In this document: positions 25,587-39,330 of the stretch, one piece after another | Position numbering within the stretch: the stretch's first letter is position 1 | Layout: each line of letters begins with the position of its first letter | NCBI RefSeq assembly: GCF_006345805.1 | Contig: NC_043002.1 | Span: 1,240,001 to 1,304,000, forward strand | Origin: Octopus sinensis | Lineage: Eukaryota | Length of the DNA: 64,000 nt | Direction: 5' to 3' | Position numbers and translations under genes: made by a program | Notes under the pieces: generated by a model | What the model was told of the DNA's origin: nothing | Databases searched by the model: none | What the model saw: only the letters and a program-made list of their open reading frames with translations

Positions 25587-27745
25587 ATATATGACTAGTC
25601 ACGTCGCCAGAGGGTGGTAAGGATTCACTTCCCTGCTCGCAATATATCAAATGCATATATATATACACATATACACACGTAAACACACTCTCACTTACGC
25701 ACGTTTATTATTATTTTTAACAATCTGGAAATATAGAGTGTCTTCTTTCCATTGTACTTACATGTTTAAGTACATGCAATAACATCTATGCTAAGATATC
25801 GAACGCTATCATGTTAACATTCTTATTTTAATAAAATATCATATTCTTTTTATTGCAAACTTTAATGTAATACTTAACTGATGGAGTAGAAAGCTTTTAA
25901 TTTTAATTCATTTGTGTTTATTCTTTGTCAAAACACCAATAAGATGTATTTTCCAAGGCTTGTATTACATGTCAGGACAAATTCCTTAGCATTTTGTTCT
26001 ATATTGAAAAATAACTTTTATATTATTTGTATTGCCTGTGGTTTCCTTAACCGAATTTTATTCTATAATGCATCTTACATTAATTTGTTGATAGAATATT
26101 TGCTCCAAGAGAAAGGGACAAATAAAGCGTTCCTCGTGCAACGGACATCCTTCCTTTTCCTGACAGCCAAAATGACGTCCTTTGCTCCATATTTTCTTGT
26201 ATTTATTTTTTATTTCTGTTTTTATTAAAATATTATTTCATCCTTATTTCAAAATCTTAATTTATATCACAATATCTCACAATGCATTTATTCAGCAGCT
26301 CATTTCAAATCCAGTCATTCATTTTTCTTACTTCACCAAAAAGCCGCCGAAACGCATTTTTGTCAAATGGTATTTTTTTCAATCAATTCACAATAAGAAA
26401 GCGAAATGCCGTCCAGTTTTGAAGGTTATGGGAGGCTTGAGAAAGTGAAACACATGTAATTGTGTCCCTGAGAAGCCAACAACTCTTAAATCCTGGCTAT
26501 AAAATGCTCACTTCTTCATATCAAAGGCGCGCTGGGCTACGCCACAACGGATCCGCATAAAAGATGGGGTTTTGCAATAAAGAACACAACTGATTTACAT
26601 TCTTCAAATACAATGGTTCTGGGGGAAATCTGTAGAATATTTTAAGGATTCTGTATTTGAAACCCCTGTGTTGAACGCCAGCACACAAAACAAATGGAAT
26701 ATACTCACGCGTACGCACATGAACAGCAATGAAGCGCATACACACGTGTATTAACATGCACACAGACATATGTATGCACATAGCAACCAATTCGAACTCT
26801 CACAAACTTCAGGAGCTGTCAGCCTTGCCACGTTCTTATTGACGGACTTGAATTTTGTAAAGACAAGAAATCCTGAAGAAAGCATTGATACATACTCACA
26901 TACGTACACACGTTCATACGCACCGTCACACGTAGGTAAATGCTAAATTAAGGTTATTTCAAAGGTAGTTTTCGTATAATAACTGAGATTAGATTAAAAT
27001 TTATAGTCAAGTCGGAGCTGTCTGAGACTTTAGGCTTCGCCAACTATTTACTGTTGGGACAAAACTCCTCATCAACCTCGGTTAAGCTAAAAAGAGTTTT
27101 CCGATTATTCACGCTATATTAAGCAGTTGTTGATATCTCCAATGGTTGCATATAAGTTTATTAGGAATGGCCAAAACTACACCGAAGTGTCCACATTATA
27201 CGTATATTAAAGAAAGATAATAACAGTTTTCGAAATAGAACCATAAGTATCTTTGCAGTGCTTTATTGGCGAATATTTTATAAGGAACTTTACGTACATA
27301 CCCGGATACACGCATTCACATTCATACATATATGTTTACATACATACATAATTATACACACACCCACACAAACGAAAGAAAGTAGCACTCAACAAAATTA
27401 CACATTTGTCTAGGAGCTCCAAATGCTATTTAATAACTCTTGGACTCTGCTACATGCAACTCAACGTTTCGTAGAGATTGCAGACGGAACCCAACTCGCC
27501 AAGCTATTCGAATAGTGGCAACAGGTACTTATCAGCGCTCTGTCTGACCACGCGAGTCAAAGAACAAAGAGAAATAACTGTTGCTGCTCGCAGACCAATA
27601 ACAGCGCGTGGCCAGAGTTGACAAATAGAAATCGTCTTTAATTTGTCTCATATCCTGTTACTCTCTCTCTCGAGATGACAGACAAGTTAGATTCGGTCTA
27701 CAAGCCTATGAAACTTTATGTTACATGGAGCTGACTCAAACGATT

Positions 27746-27747
27746 AT

Positions 27748-27812
<65 letters not shown>

Positions 27813-27887
27813 TATGAGTTTCTTTGCCCTAGGAGTCGGGAAGACACTCGGCAAGAAATGGAAGCAAATTTGAAAGAAGGAAAAAAA

Positions 27888-27924
<37 letters not shown>
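27746..27924. repeat. Two (AAT)n tracts (retroelement tails) separated by a short unique segment
   Basis: Direct reading; the 27884-27924 tract follows AATAAAAGAA of the minus-strand LINE. Confidence 0.85.
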
Positions 27925-27925
<1 letters not shown>

Positions 27926-29830
27926 TTCTTTTATTTGCCACCAGGGCGAAAGATGAGGAGGACAATACAAAGACAGACATAAAGTGTGGAGTTTACTTAT
28001 GGTGGAATGATTATTAAAAAAGATGTTTACACGGCATACATTAGAAGAATGGAAGTGTACATAGTATAGGAGACTAGACAAAAAAGGCATAGTGATGGGG
28101 TCCCCCCTCCGCTGATACAGGAGGACATCCAGGGATAATTGAGAAACCCCACCATTCAAAATCACCCTGAACGCCGAGGACAAGTGCCCTCTCCAACTCC
28201 TTTGGAGAGGGCACTCGGTTTCGTTGCTCTGCGAGCATCTCGAACAAGCCCATCTGACAGAACATCCGTAACTATAGAGTTTATTGGAACCAGTAGTGTA
28301 ACCCGGTAGCACTGCCAGGTCAAAACCATCTGGAAATTATTCATAATAGTCCCCAACTGGAAAGCCCTTCGGAAAAGAGTTGCCAGTTCGTCTTCGTTGA
28401 CGTCTAGGGTCTCCCCGATGACGTCACAGCACTTCCCAGCTACTAATCCTCTGTATATAGCTAAAGTCATGCATCCCCCGATCCTATTGCCCGACTGGTA
28501 GAGGGCAGTTAGCGTCTGACGACATTCTAGGTGCCAGGCGCCCAGTCATCGTCTATCCTTTACTCAGGGCTGCAGTTTCGTTAAGGAGACGAGCTGCGAA
28601 AAGCCGTGTCTCGCCGCCGACAGTCTGAGCAATTTTCTTGTTTTTGAACTTCCATAATTGGTTGTTTCTCTCATTTCATACAGTTGTTGATGATGTTGCT
28701 GTTTTTGAAGTTGTTGTTGTTGTTGTTGTTTTTGCCGGAATGGTTGTGAACTGGTCTACAGTTTTTGTGTATCTTTTTGCTGAGTTCTTGGAGTAGGGCT
28801 AGGCTCACTCCTCTTTCATCTACAGTGATCCATTGTTCGGTCTGCTCTTCCTTCTCCTTGTCATTGCTGCTGATGTTGGTTTGGGCGGCAGAGCTTTCCA
28901 GATTAGCTGTTCCCTGGAACCGGAAGTAGACTCCCTCTTTGTCTTGGTTTGGGTGTGAGTGTGGTTGTAGGGGTCTTGAGCACGTCTTCATGATTTTGTG
29001 TCTGTGCAGTTTGTTGTGTTGGAAGCAGTGAGAGTTTTGCTTTCCTTGTTTCAGGGCAGAAAGCCTGCAAGTAAGTCACAGATCCACATATGTGGCATCT
29101 TGGCTTTCTACCTTCCACTAATACTGAGAAGTGAGTACCATCGAAGTGAGATCGATTAGATCGGGCAGCTGGTCGATATAGTCTTATTACACCGTAAGGT
29201 CAGTTCCATACCTATACCTGATCAGTTTAGTTTAGGTATTTTCTTTATCCCCAACATTGTTTTCTTCTATGCCTGACAAGACAGCCGCCACTAACCCAGG
29301 TGATGGATATTTCTGGCCGCACGTTCAACACCGCAAGCTTACGAAGGCGCTGATGGCAATAGCTGCGGATTAAGAAGTCTTCATTCCTCAAAGTCCTCAA
29401 AGTTTCTTCTTCAGTCCCAAATCTTTCCTCAGTAGTCCTTAACGTTATTCTTCTCGTGATGTGGGTCTTTTTTTTCACGCGTGCCCAAGGCATTTTTGGA
29501 TTTGGCTCTCAGAAGCATTTTCTCCCCGGCACGATTTGACTCCGATGTAGCGGCATGTAACTGTGCATCTCCAGATATTCTCGATCGCGTCGGGTGGAAG
29601 GTTTAAGGCGACTCTCCTTCCATTTTTTTCAAACTATTTTTCTGGTCATTTCCGAATCTTCTTCGTGGATGCAGAAATCTTCCAAATTTCTCGCAGCAAT
29701 CGCAAAAGAAATTCTCATTGCAGCAGGTAGTTGTGGTGACGGTGGCATTGGTGATATTCGATACTAGTATAGTAGTAGTAATATGTAAGTCTTTCAAAAA
29801 CAAAACAAAATTTTTTTGTTGCATTTCTTT
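27884..29830 (-). mobile_element. Tx1/L1-like LINE, internally deleted: ORF1 with gag-type zinc knuckle joined to the ORF2 C-terminal Cys-rich domain and 3' UTR
   Basis: EGRKPRCHICGSVTYLQAFCP (CCHC-like knuckle, H->Y); FQMVLTWQCYR…NKLYSYG…ACSRCSQSNET (zf-RVT-like); AATAAA plus (TTA)n tail; no EN or RT motifs seen between them. Confidence 0.7.
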
Positions 29831-29999
29831 ATGTAACGTGACATTTGTATATCCATCTATTTTAAGTGAACCACAATTCTAAAAAGACCCATGAAATATT
29901 TGCTGTGATTGAGATTAGATACGAGATGACAAGTTGCAATATCACTTACTGGCTCTTTAATGGAAACATTGTCGAATTTTGATTTCAGATTTTGGAAGG

Positions 30000-30150
30000 G
30001 GCTAGGGCAATTACAACGACCCTGTGTTCGACCCCGAAGAGATGAGAGGCAAAGACAACCTCGGCGGAATATGAACTCAGCACTGAAAGCCGAACGAAAT
30101 GCCGCTAAACATTTTACCCGGCGTGCTAACGATTCTGGCAGCTCGCCGCC
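30000..30150 (-). mobile_element. S1 SINE
   Basis: Reverse complement of ggcggcgagctgccagaatcgttagcacgccggg…gagttcatattccgccgaggttgtctttgcctctcatc. Confidence 0.85.
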
Positions 30151-30184
30151 TTAATGCAAAAAGAAATATTGGTTTCAAATTTTG

Positions 30185-30325
30185 GCACTAAACCAGGAAT
30201 TTCGAGGGACCCAGTGCATGACTTGTACTTATTTTATCGACCCCGAAATGATGAATGTGAAGACGGGCGAGATGCCGCAAAGAGTTTTCCAGGCATTCTA
30301 ACGATTCTGCCAACTCGTTGCCTTG
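30185..30325 (-). mobile_element. Internally deleted S1-related SINE
   Basis: ggcaacgagttggcagaatcgttag head plus ggggtcgataaaataagtac core. Confidence 0.7.
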
Positions 30326-31419
30326 GCGTAGAAATAAAAACCAAATATTGAGTTGGAGTTCGTACTCTAATGAATTTCCAAAGAAAACCGGATGCTTTTC
30401 ACGAACTCCTTTCTCAAAACACACTTCACGTGTTGCGTAGCGGAGAATCTAATGTGAACATAGTTTTATTGAGTCTCATTTAAATTTGTCTGTATCTCTT
30501 CATAAATAGAATATACAATTTCTTTTTTATTATAAAAGCAAGGATGTATGTTAGAAACATATTAGAACGCTAACTAGTAAATCTTGTTTGTTAAACTTTT
30601 TCCTCACTTCTCGATATTTTAATGGTTTATATTTCTTAGTGAAAGTTTAGTGGTTGGAATTCTTCATAAAAATATAGCTGCCAAGACATCGTTGTTTGTG
30701 CCTCGCAATAACTATTTTTAGTCTGTAAATAGGATCAGCTTTATACACACAATTACTATTAAAATGTATCACTTGGTTTTATTTTTTTATCCTCTGCGAC
30801 TTCTTTTTTGTGTGTTATCGCTCTTATATTGTTGATTGTTCCTGTTGCAACGTATTTGTCTGTCCCAAAGATTAATGTCATGTTTAGTATTGGTGGAACT
30901 CCTTTTGTTTATCTTCAACCCCCCCCCCCGGTTCAACATTGTTGAATGCCTCTTTGTTGCCCGACGACTTATTCCCCCCATTCCATTTCACCCCCCCGCC
31001 GCATCACATTTTTCTTTTGTCTCCGGTGTCATTTCAGTTTTGTCAATTCTATTGTTTCTTCTCTGCTTTCGCGTCTTCCTCCCTTCTTTTATTTATCTCT
31101 CGTCTCACTTTAAACTCTTCTTCCCCGACATTTTCTTTGCTATTTGACCTCTTTATGTCTTCCTTTCTTCGTTTCTTGTCTTTTTGTTCTCCTCGCAGAT
31201 TCTCGCTTCCACATTACTTTTTTCTCATTGGTTTTCTTTTATTCTTCATCCCTGTTTCATCCTCACAGTTTCATTGCAGTCCTCCGCCATCAAATACTTG
31301 AAAACCATTTCACCCACCCCACCCCCACACCCGACTTTCTTTCTCTTTCTTTTTACATTATTTCTTTTCGCTGTTGCTATGTTTTCTCATTTCCTAAGTT
31401 CTTTTGTTTTTGTCACCGC

Positions 31420-31479
31420 TGCTACACACCTGCTACTACTACTATTCCTCCTCCTCCTCCTCCTCCTCCTCCTCCTCCT

Positions 31480-31528
<49 letters not shown>

Positions 31529-31545
31529 CACCACCACAACCACCA
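31420..31545. repeat. Compound trinucleotide tract (CTA)(CCT)(CTA)(CCA)
   Basis: Direct reading; lies at the end of a pyrimidine-rich low-complexity block (30830-31420). Confidence 0.9.
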
Positions 31546-31706
31546 GGTAATGTAGTCTGTTTTGCACTTCACATTATTGGCCCTTAACGCTTGCTTTTCT
31601 GTTGCGTATTATATGAGTGCTTCTCTCTCTATCTTCAGATCACTCCTCCTCCTTCATAGCCTCTCTGTCTGTCTTGGCGTTCACATCTCTTGCAAACTGA
31701 CCGTAC

Positions 31707-31780
<74 letters not shown>

Positions 31781-31884
31781 CAGTAGTCTTATTTTTATTA
31801 CGTACTTTCACTTCACTACCGAGCGCAGCTCTGTGTGCCTTGAGTATGAGGTGTGGTTTGTTGTGATGCTCATATATTTATTAA

Positions 31885-31968
<84 letters not shown>

Positions 31969-33649
31969 ATAACAACAACAACAACAAAAACAATAATAAT
32001 AATAATAATAAGGAGGAGGAGCAGAAGAAGAAGAACGAATCTATCAATGTTTCAAGAATCTTGGTCATAGTAATAACGTAATGGTAAGGATGCTGCTGCT
32101 GTTGCTGCTGCTGCTACCGCGCTGTAATGTTGCAAAGGATCATGGGAATGTCAACGATGGATTTATAGAAAAGCATACGACAGATAAACCGTGGTAAATT
32201 TCAGGATTTATTTTATGTGCTCGGTATTTATGTGCTCTGCCGTGGATTGTATTTCGCTATCAGTAAATCTTCCACGGTTATTGCTTCATTTTTGAGGATC
32301 TTTCTATAAAATTGCTTTGCTTCCAGTGTCTTCTTCAATTCTATATTTCGTGCACATTTTCTATTGATTTACAATGGCTGCATGTTACCATATTTCTGTT
32401 CTCTTTCTCTACGAACCCTCAATGTCCACGTCTTGGTGCTTGCTGTTATTTGAATGGTCAATTGGAGAAAATGTGGATAGCAAGATGAGAAAGAGAGAGA
32501 TTTGTGGAGGTGATAATACAAATTAGGTATTAACCAAATCCCACTAATCAGGAATCTAAGAATCGATTCCGATCACACCATTCCAAGCATGTCTTTTCAT
32601 ACATCAAATTGTAAGATGACGATAATAAGGATGGTGATGCTGATCGCCAGCATCCTTCTCATCACAGATATCTGCATAAAGTCAATCGTCTTGATGATTT
32701 GTAGAGTGATCGTTATAATCGATGAAATATTCATTTCGATTTTTATATACATGAAGTATTATTGTTAAACATGTTGTTTACTGTTTGCTTATTTTTGGAT
32801 GTCTAATTATGCTGATTGTTTCTGGTTTTCATCATTTCAATAAATCTCATTAATATTCGATTATATTTGTAGAAAGAAAAAGAAAAAAACAATCACAAAG
32901 CAAATACGCCGCCGACTAATTTCAATGAAAATATCAAGAGATAAAGTTACATTGTTGACATTAAAATATTTATTTATGCCATCGTAGATTTCAACACTTA
33001 ATTCCAAATCGATTTTTCCAGATGAATTTTTGAGAGGATTTTCCAGAAACAAATTGTTTCATTTCAACAAAAATCATTTCGGTAGTATATCTAATACATG
33101 TACATCAATATTACAAAATCAATCGAATGTTATTATTTTCTTTTCTTCTTTCTCTTTTTTTTGTTTTGAAATTTGAATATTAAGAACATTTACACGCAAG
33201 TGAGCAGGCATTTGTAGTACTGAACAGAGAATGTTTCAACGACATGTGAAAAATCTACTGATGTACCAGGTAGAAAGCACTGCAAGTATCGAGTAGTTCC
33301 TTAGGCGTAATCTGGACAGATGTGGATGCAAATAAATGCAGTTCTATTGTAGGTATTTACCCAGACATCTGCCTCTTCTTTTTCTGGTATAATTTAGATT
33401 TACTACAATATAGATATGTCTCCTATTGAGCAACCTACAAGGTAGGAACCACCTCGTCGATCGACATTTTATTTCGACATTCACGTGGCCAACAACTGTG
33501 TTTACAAGACAGTGGAAGATTAGCTCTTTGGCTCAACGGAAAAAGTGATATTAGAAACAAAAAATTGTAGCGGGAAATGAGTGGAGAGCTGTGACTTAGA
33601 ATCGATCCTTTGTCCTTCAATACATTTTTATAGATTTTTACCTTGCAGT

Positions 33650-34005
33650 TTCATGTCATCTCTGTCGACAGATTTCGAGTACGTCTGTCAGATTCTCTTT
33701 CACAAATCTTACCAGGTTGTCACTGGTCTGCTTTGCCTTCTACGAAGACACCTTCCATTTGAGAGGGATTCCCTGTTTTCTTTGTTGACAAGAAACATCC
33801 GCAATCTAACATTTTATATTTTTGCTTATCAGAAGGACAAAATAGAAAAGACAAGAGTGAAGAGAAGAGACGCGAGGATCAGGAAGTAATCGTAGACGTT
33901 CTCGAATGTGTGACGAGAGAAATCTGACAGAGAAACTAACAATAATAACAAAACTAAAGTGAAGATCAATTAAATAGTGCGTGTGTTTATTGGCAAAAGA
34001 AAATG
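33650..34005. mobile_element. Degenerate family A fold-back copy
   Basis: tctgtcagattctctttcacaaat (~33684-33707) is inverted relative to atgtgtgacgagagaaatctgacaga (~33907-33932); the downstream gtgcgtgtgtttattggcaaaagaaaatgac matches the family A distal arm. Confidence 0.45.
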
Positions 34006-34025
34006 ACATCTACAACAATAACTCA

Positions 34026-34069
<44 letters not shown>

Positions 34070-34151
34070 GTCTGTCTGTGTGTCTGTCTGTGTGTCTGGT
34101 CTGTCTGTCTGTCTGTCCTTCCGTCCGTCCGTCCGTCCGTCTGTTAGTAAG

Positions 34152-34195
<44 letters not shown>

Positions 34196-34747
34196 GATAC
34201 GGCGTTCTCTCTAAGCCTATTTCAAATTTGGTGCTAGTCTCTGCTGCACAAACGAATGTCTTTTACGCATCTAATAAAGTTCTGTGCAACCGTTTGCTCG
34301 ACATTCTAAGAATAGTAAATACGTAATCACCGAAGAAAATTATTGCATTCATTATATTTTACATCCGAGTTCAACACAATAATAACCTTTTTACTATATT
34401 TAGTTTAAATATAATATATATTGTTTCATTTTCTGTGTGGTTTCTCCAGTAAATATAAATCTTTGGCAATACTGTGCCATTGGATTATCAATGTTTATCA
34501 TTTCTAATTGACGAAGAATTGATCTCCTTATCTGAAAATTTCTGATGTCCCTCAAAAATATTTATCACTTCTTTACCTAGCGTTGTCATTAAGTACCCAC
34601 CATCATCCTACCGCACAGTTTCTCTTTAGCTTTAGTTTAAACATCAGAACACTCTTTAGAGGATGAATAATTATATTCTCAGAAATATAGTTTTAAAATT
34701 CATTTGCTTTACAGGGTTGTGGTTAAATCAATGTGCTTCATATTCTA

Positions 34748-34985
34748 TGAAATGCTGAGGAGCGGGGCTTACTCGTTAGGGCCTTACAGTCATGATAGTA
34801 AGATTGTGGTTTCGATTCCTGGACCAGGCGATGTGCTGTGCCCTTGAGCAAAACACTTCATTTCACATCGTTCCAGTCCCCTCAGCTGGTAAGATTTGAG
34901 TAATCCTCCGACGGACGGGCGTCTCGTTCAGAGGATGGGGAATATATACGTCACACAATCCGGCCTTATTAGTCAATAGCTCGGA
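34748..34985 (+). mobile_element. Diverged tRNA-derived SINE (family S3-like)
   Basis: ggcttactcgttagggc (A box-like), ggtttcgattcctggaccagg (B box-like), then a cccttgagcaaaacacttcatttcac core. Confidence 0.7.
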
Positions 34986-35048
34986 AAGGACTTTTGTTCC
35001 ATTTTTGATCCAGTGGTACAGTCAACTGACGCCTTGACATGTTATCTC

Positions 35049-35079
<31 letters not shown>

Positions 35080-35558
35080 ATTATATATATATATATATTA
35101 TATATATATATCCTCGTCGTGTTAACATCGTTGTGTTTCGTCCGCCGCTATAAAGGCTTTTTCCAATGCGCCAGAGAAAAATTTGTTTGCTTGTTATCAG
35201 TCGTAAGACACTTGTTGTTTTCACCGTTAATGCTTCTGTATTTCATGTTTCTGTATTCCATTATTGTTTTTTTTTTTTTTTTTTTTATATCTGTCCCTTT
35301 TGCTGTCCTGGTGTTCGTATGCATTCGATCCTTCTTCCAGGAAATCTACGCTTCCAGCTTAGTTTTTCTAATGCTCGTTGCTTAGTTTTTCTTGGAGGGC
35401 TGGCCGTGATCTAGTAATCTCAAGATTAATCAGCCGAAATTACTACGATGATCCGGTTCTTGACTGAAGACTGAGGGGTTCGAATGTCCTGTCCATGTTT
35501 ATTGTATCGTCTTCTAAGAGTTATACGTTCTTGTCCATGTTGTATTTTTCTACATACC

Positions 35559-35606
<48 letters not shown>

Positions 35607-35619
35607 GAAGAGGAGGAAA

Positions 35620-35944
35620 AGGAGACCCCCTTCGGTCATAAATGACCATGGGATTGCACCTGGAAAGTTACCCTCCGAGGCACAAGTCCTGGTAAGATTG
35701 TTGATGGAATGCCAGCAGTCGCCTATGAATACCAGCCTCCCCCTCTCCACACCACTGATGTTATCCAAGGGAAAGGCAAAGGGGTCGATACAGCTTGGCA
35801 CCAGTGACGTCGCAACTCATTTCTACAGCTGAGTTAACTGGAGCAACATGAAATAAATTGTCTTGCAACACGCAGCCCGGTCAGGAAATCGAACTCACAA
35901 CCTCACGACCGTATGCGACACTCTAACCACTGCGCCATGCGCCT
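35620..35944 (-). mobile_element. tRNA-derived SINE (family S3)
   Basis: Minus: ggcgcatggcgcagtggttagagtgtcgc (A box)…gagttcgatttcctgaccggg (B box)…gcaagacaatttatttcatgttgctccag core. Confidence 0.85.
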
Positions 35945-36547
35945 CCCCCCCACATTATATATAGTGTGGATATACTATAGTGATTTAAGAAAAAAACTGA
36001 TTTAGCAGTTCTACCATCGCTGCTGGACGCGTTTTGACTGCTTTTAACACAGTTTTGTGATTTTTAGCTTTATAAGTCTTTGCGAGAATCTTTTTCAAGA
36101 TGAATACTGTAGCTTTGTACATTTCGCTAGTATAACCAGGTTAAATAAGATATACAAAGTGTCATTCTGAGCTAATAATGTTTCCGTCCCTAATTACGAA
36201 TTGTTATCCAGTCCGTCAGCTATTTGTAGCGCCAGTGACTTTTTAAATAATTTGTCTGTGTCAGTAGAGGCAAAATTTGAGCATGCAAATGATAGCAGAT
36301 ACTAGCTACTGATGACGACGCGCAAAGGTACAGAAATCCTGATTAGGCAAATCTAGCATCACTCCTGGAATCTTTCCTTCTGTTATTAATACACTTCTGC
36401 GCCTTTTAGCTATATACCGTCACACAAGAAGCTTTATCAAGACGAATGCTGCAGTTCTTCGGCTTCCGCCAGTATATTCATGTTCAATAAGATACACACA
36501 ATACTATTCTGAACCCACACTGCTTCTGGTAATTATGAATTTAGAAT

Positions 36548-36613
36548 TTACACACACACACACACACACCCACCCACACACACCCACACACCCACACACA
36601 CACACCCACACAC

Positions 36614-36656
<43 letters not shown>

Positions 36657-36770
36657 CGCACACACGCACACACGCACACACTCACATACAAAAACACACA
36701 CACACACAAACACAAACACTGACACACACACACACACTCTCTCTCTCTCTCTCTCTCACACACACTCACA
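36548..36770. repeat. (AC)n/(TC)n compound microsatellite
   Basis: Direct reading. Confidence 0.95.
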
Positions 36771-37360
36771 CACGCATATTTTAGGCTTGTATTTGCATTT
36801 CAGTCGTAATGTAATCACCAGGCAATTGTGCATTAGTTTTCTGAAGCCTTTCTTTATCATTTAGTAATTTTTAAGTAGATTTTGCATATATTTTCTCTTT
36901 TAATGGTAAATTCAATGATTCTTTTTATTATCTGAACTTCAGTTTCTTCCTAATATTTCCCATTCAGCGTTCCCTTTATGTGAATATACTAAAAAGCCTC
37001 TTTTCGTGAACATGTTTCCCAGTTCTAGAACATCCATTTAACTGCTTCATGGCAAATTATTCATAGATAACTGCCTAAATGTTAACCTATCAGTTACGAA
37101 ATATATATATTTAATATTTACAAAGCTTTGCTGAATATCAAATAATGTAAAGCCACACCGTTCTATGTTATAGATGCGCAGAAAAGAGGAGGCTGTTTCC
37201 TATTGGACCATTTCACGCTCTCATTTCTGCTCTTCAGAGTAAACGCAGCCATCATTCTTCTACAATCAATAACAAGGTACGTTCAGCTGCCATATGAAGC
37301 AGTTAGAAATTGGGCGAATCCGTGGCGGACAGCTTTTTTTGGTTTTATATATTGGTATAT

Positions 37361-39330
37361 ACATACATACATGCATACAAACATACATACATACATGCAT
37401 GCATACATACATACATACATACATACATACATACATAAATACATACATACATACATGCATACATACATACATGCATGCATACATACATACATACATACAT
37501 ACATGCATGCATGCATACATACATACATGCATGCATACATACATACATACATACATACATACATGCATGCATGCATACATACATACATACATACATACAT
37601 ACATGCATGCATACATACATACATACATAAATACATACATACATACATACATACATACATACATACATAAATACATACATACATACATGCATACATACAT
37701 ACATACATACATACATACATACATGCATGCATACATACATACATGCATGCATACATACATACATGCATGCATACATACATACATGCATGCATACATACAT
37801 ACATACATACATACATGCATACATACATACATACATACATACATGCATACATACATACATACATACATACATGCATGCATACATACATACATGCATACAT
37901 ACATACATACATGCATACATACATACATACATACATACATGCATGCATACATACATACATGCATACATACATACATACATACATACATGCATGCATACAT
38001 ACATACATACATACATACATGCATACATACATACATACATACATACATGCATGCATACATACATACATACATACATACATGCATACATACATACATACAT
38101 ACATACATGCATACATACATACATACATACATACATGCATACATACATACATACATACATACATGCATGCATACATACATACATACATACATACATTCAT
38201 ACATACATACATACATACATGCATGCATGCATGCATACATACATACATACATACATACATACATACATACATGCATGCATACATACATACATACATACAT
38301 ACATACATACATACATACATACATACATACATACATGCATGCATGCATGCATACATACATACATACATACATTCATGCATACATACATACATGCATGCAT
38401 ACATACATACATACATACATACATACATACATACATACATACATACATACATACATGCATGCATGCATGCATACATACATACATACATACATTCATGCAT
38501 ACATACATACATGCATGCATACATACATACATACATACGTACATACATACATACATACATACATTCATACATACGTATATACATACATGCATACATACAT
38601 ACATTCATACATACATATATACATACATACATGCATACATACATACATTCATACATACATACATACCTATATACATGCATACATACATACATACATTCAT
38701 TACATACATAAATACATACATACATACATACATACATACATACATACATACATACATACATACGTACACACATACACACATACATACATACATACATACA
38801 TACATTCATACATACATACATGCATGCATACATACGTACATACATACATTCATTCATACATACATACATACATACGTATATACATACATGCATACATACA
38901 TACATTCGTACATACATATATACATACATACATGCATACATACATACATTCATACATACATACCTATATACATGCATACATACATACATTCATTACATAC
39001 ATACATACATACATACGTACACACATGCATACATACATACATATATACAAACATGCATACATACATACATGCATGCATACATACATACATACTTACATAC
39101 ATACATACGTTTATACATACATGCATACATACATACATACGTGCATACATACATCCATACATACATACATATATACATACATACATACATACATGCATAT
39201 ATACATACATACATACATACATGCATACATACATACATACATACATATATACATACATATATACATGCATACATATACACATATACACACAAATACACAC
39301 ACACGCGCACACATACACACCCATGCATAT
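37361..39330. repeat. ~2-kb (TACA)n array with TGCA/TTCA/TATA variants
   Basis: Direct reading; source of the spurious 300-700 aa MYVC/HTYI ORFs. Confidence 0.97.

Noticed and set aside
32089-32200. Signal-peptide-like MLLLLLLLLPRC… with a downstream gtaaat
   Set aside because: The Leu run is a (CTG)n microsatellite among other trinucleotide tracts; no supporting downstream exons.
35455-35500. CTGAAGA…GAATGTC string
   Set aside because: GAAA is absent and stem II does not pair. Isolated core-like strings are expected by chance in this much AT-rich sequence.
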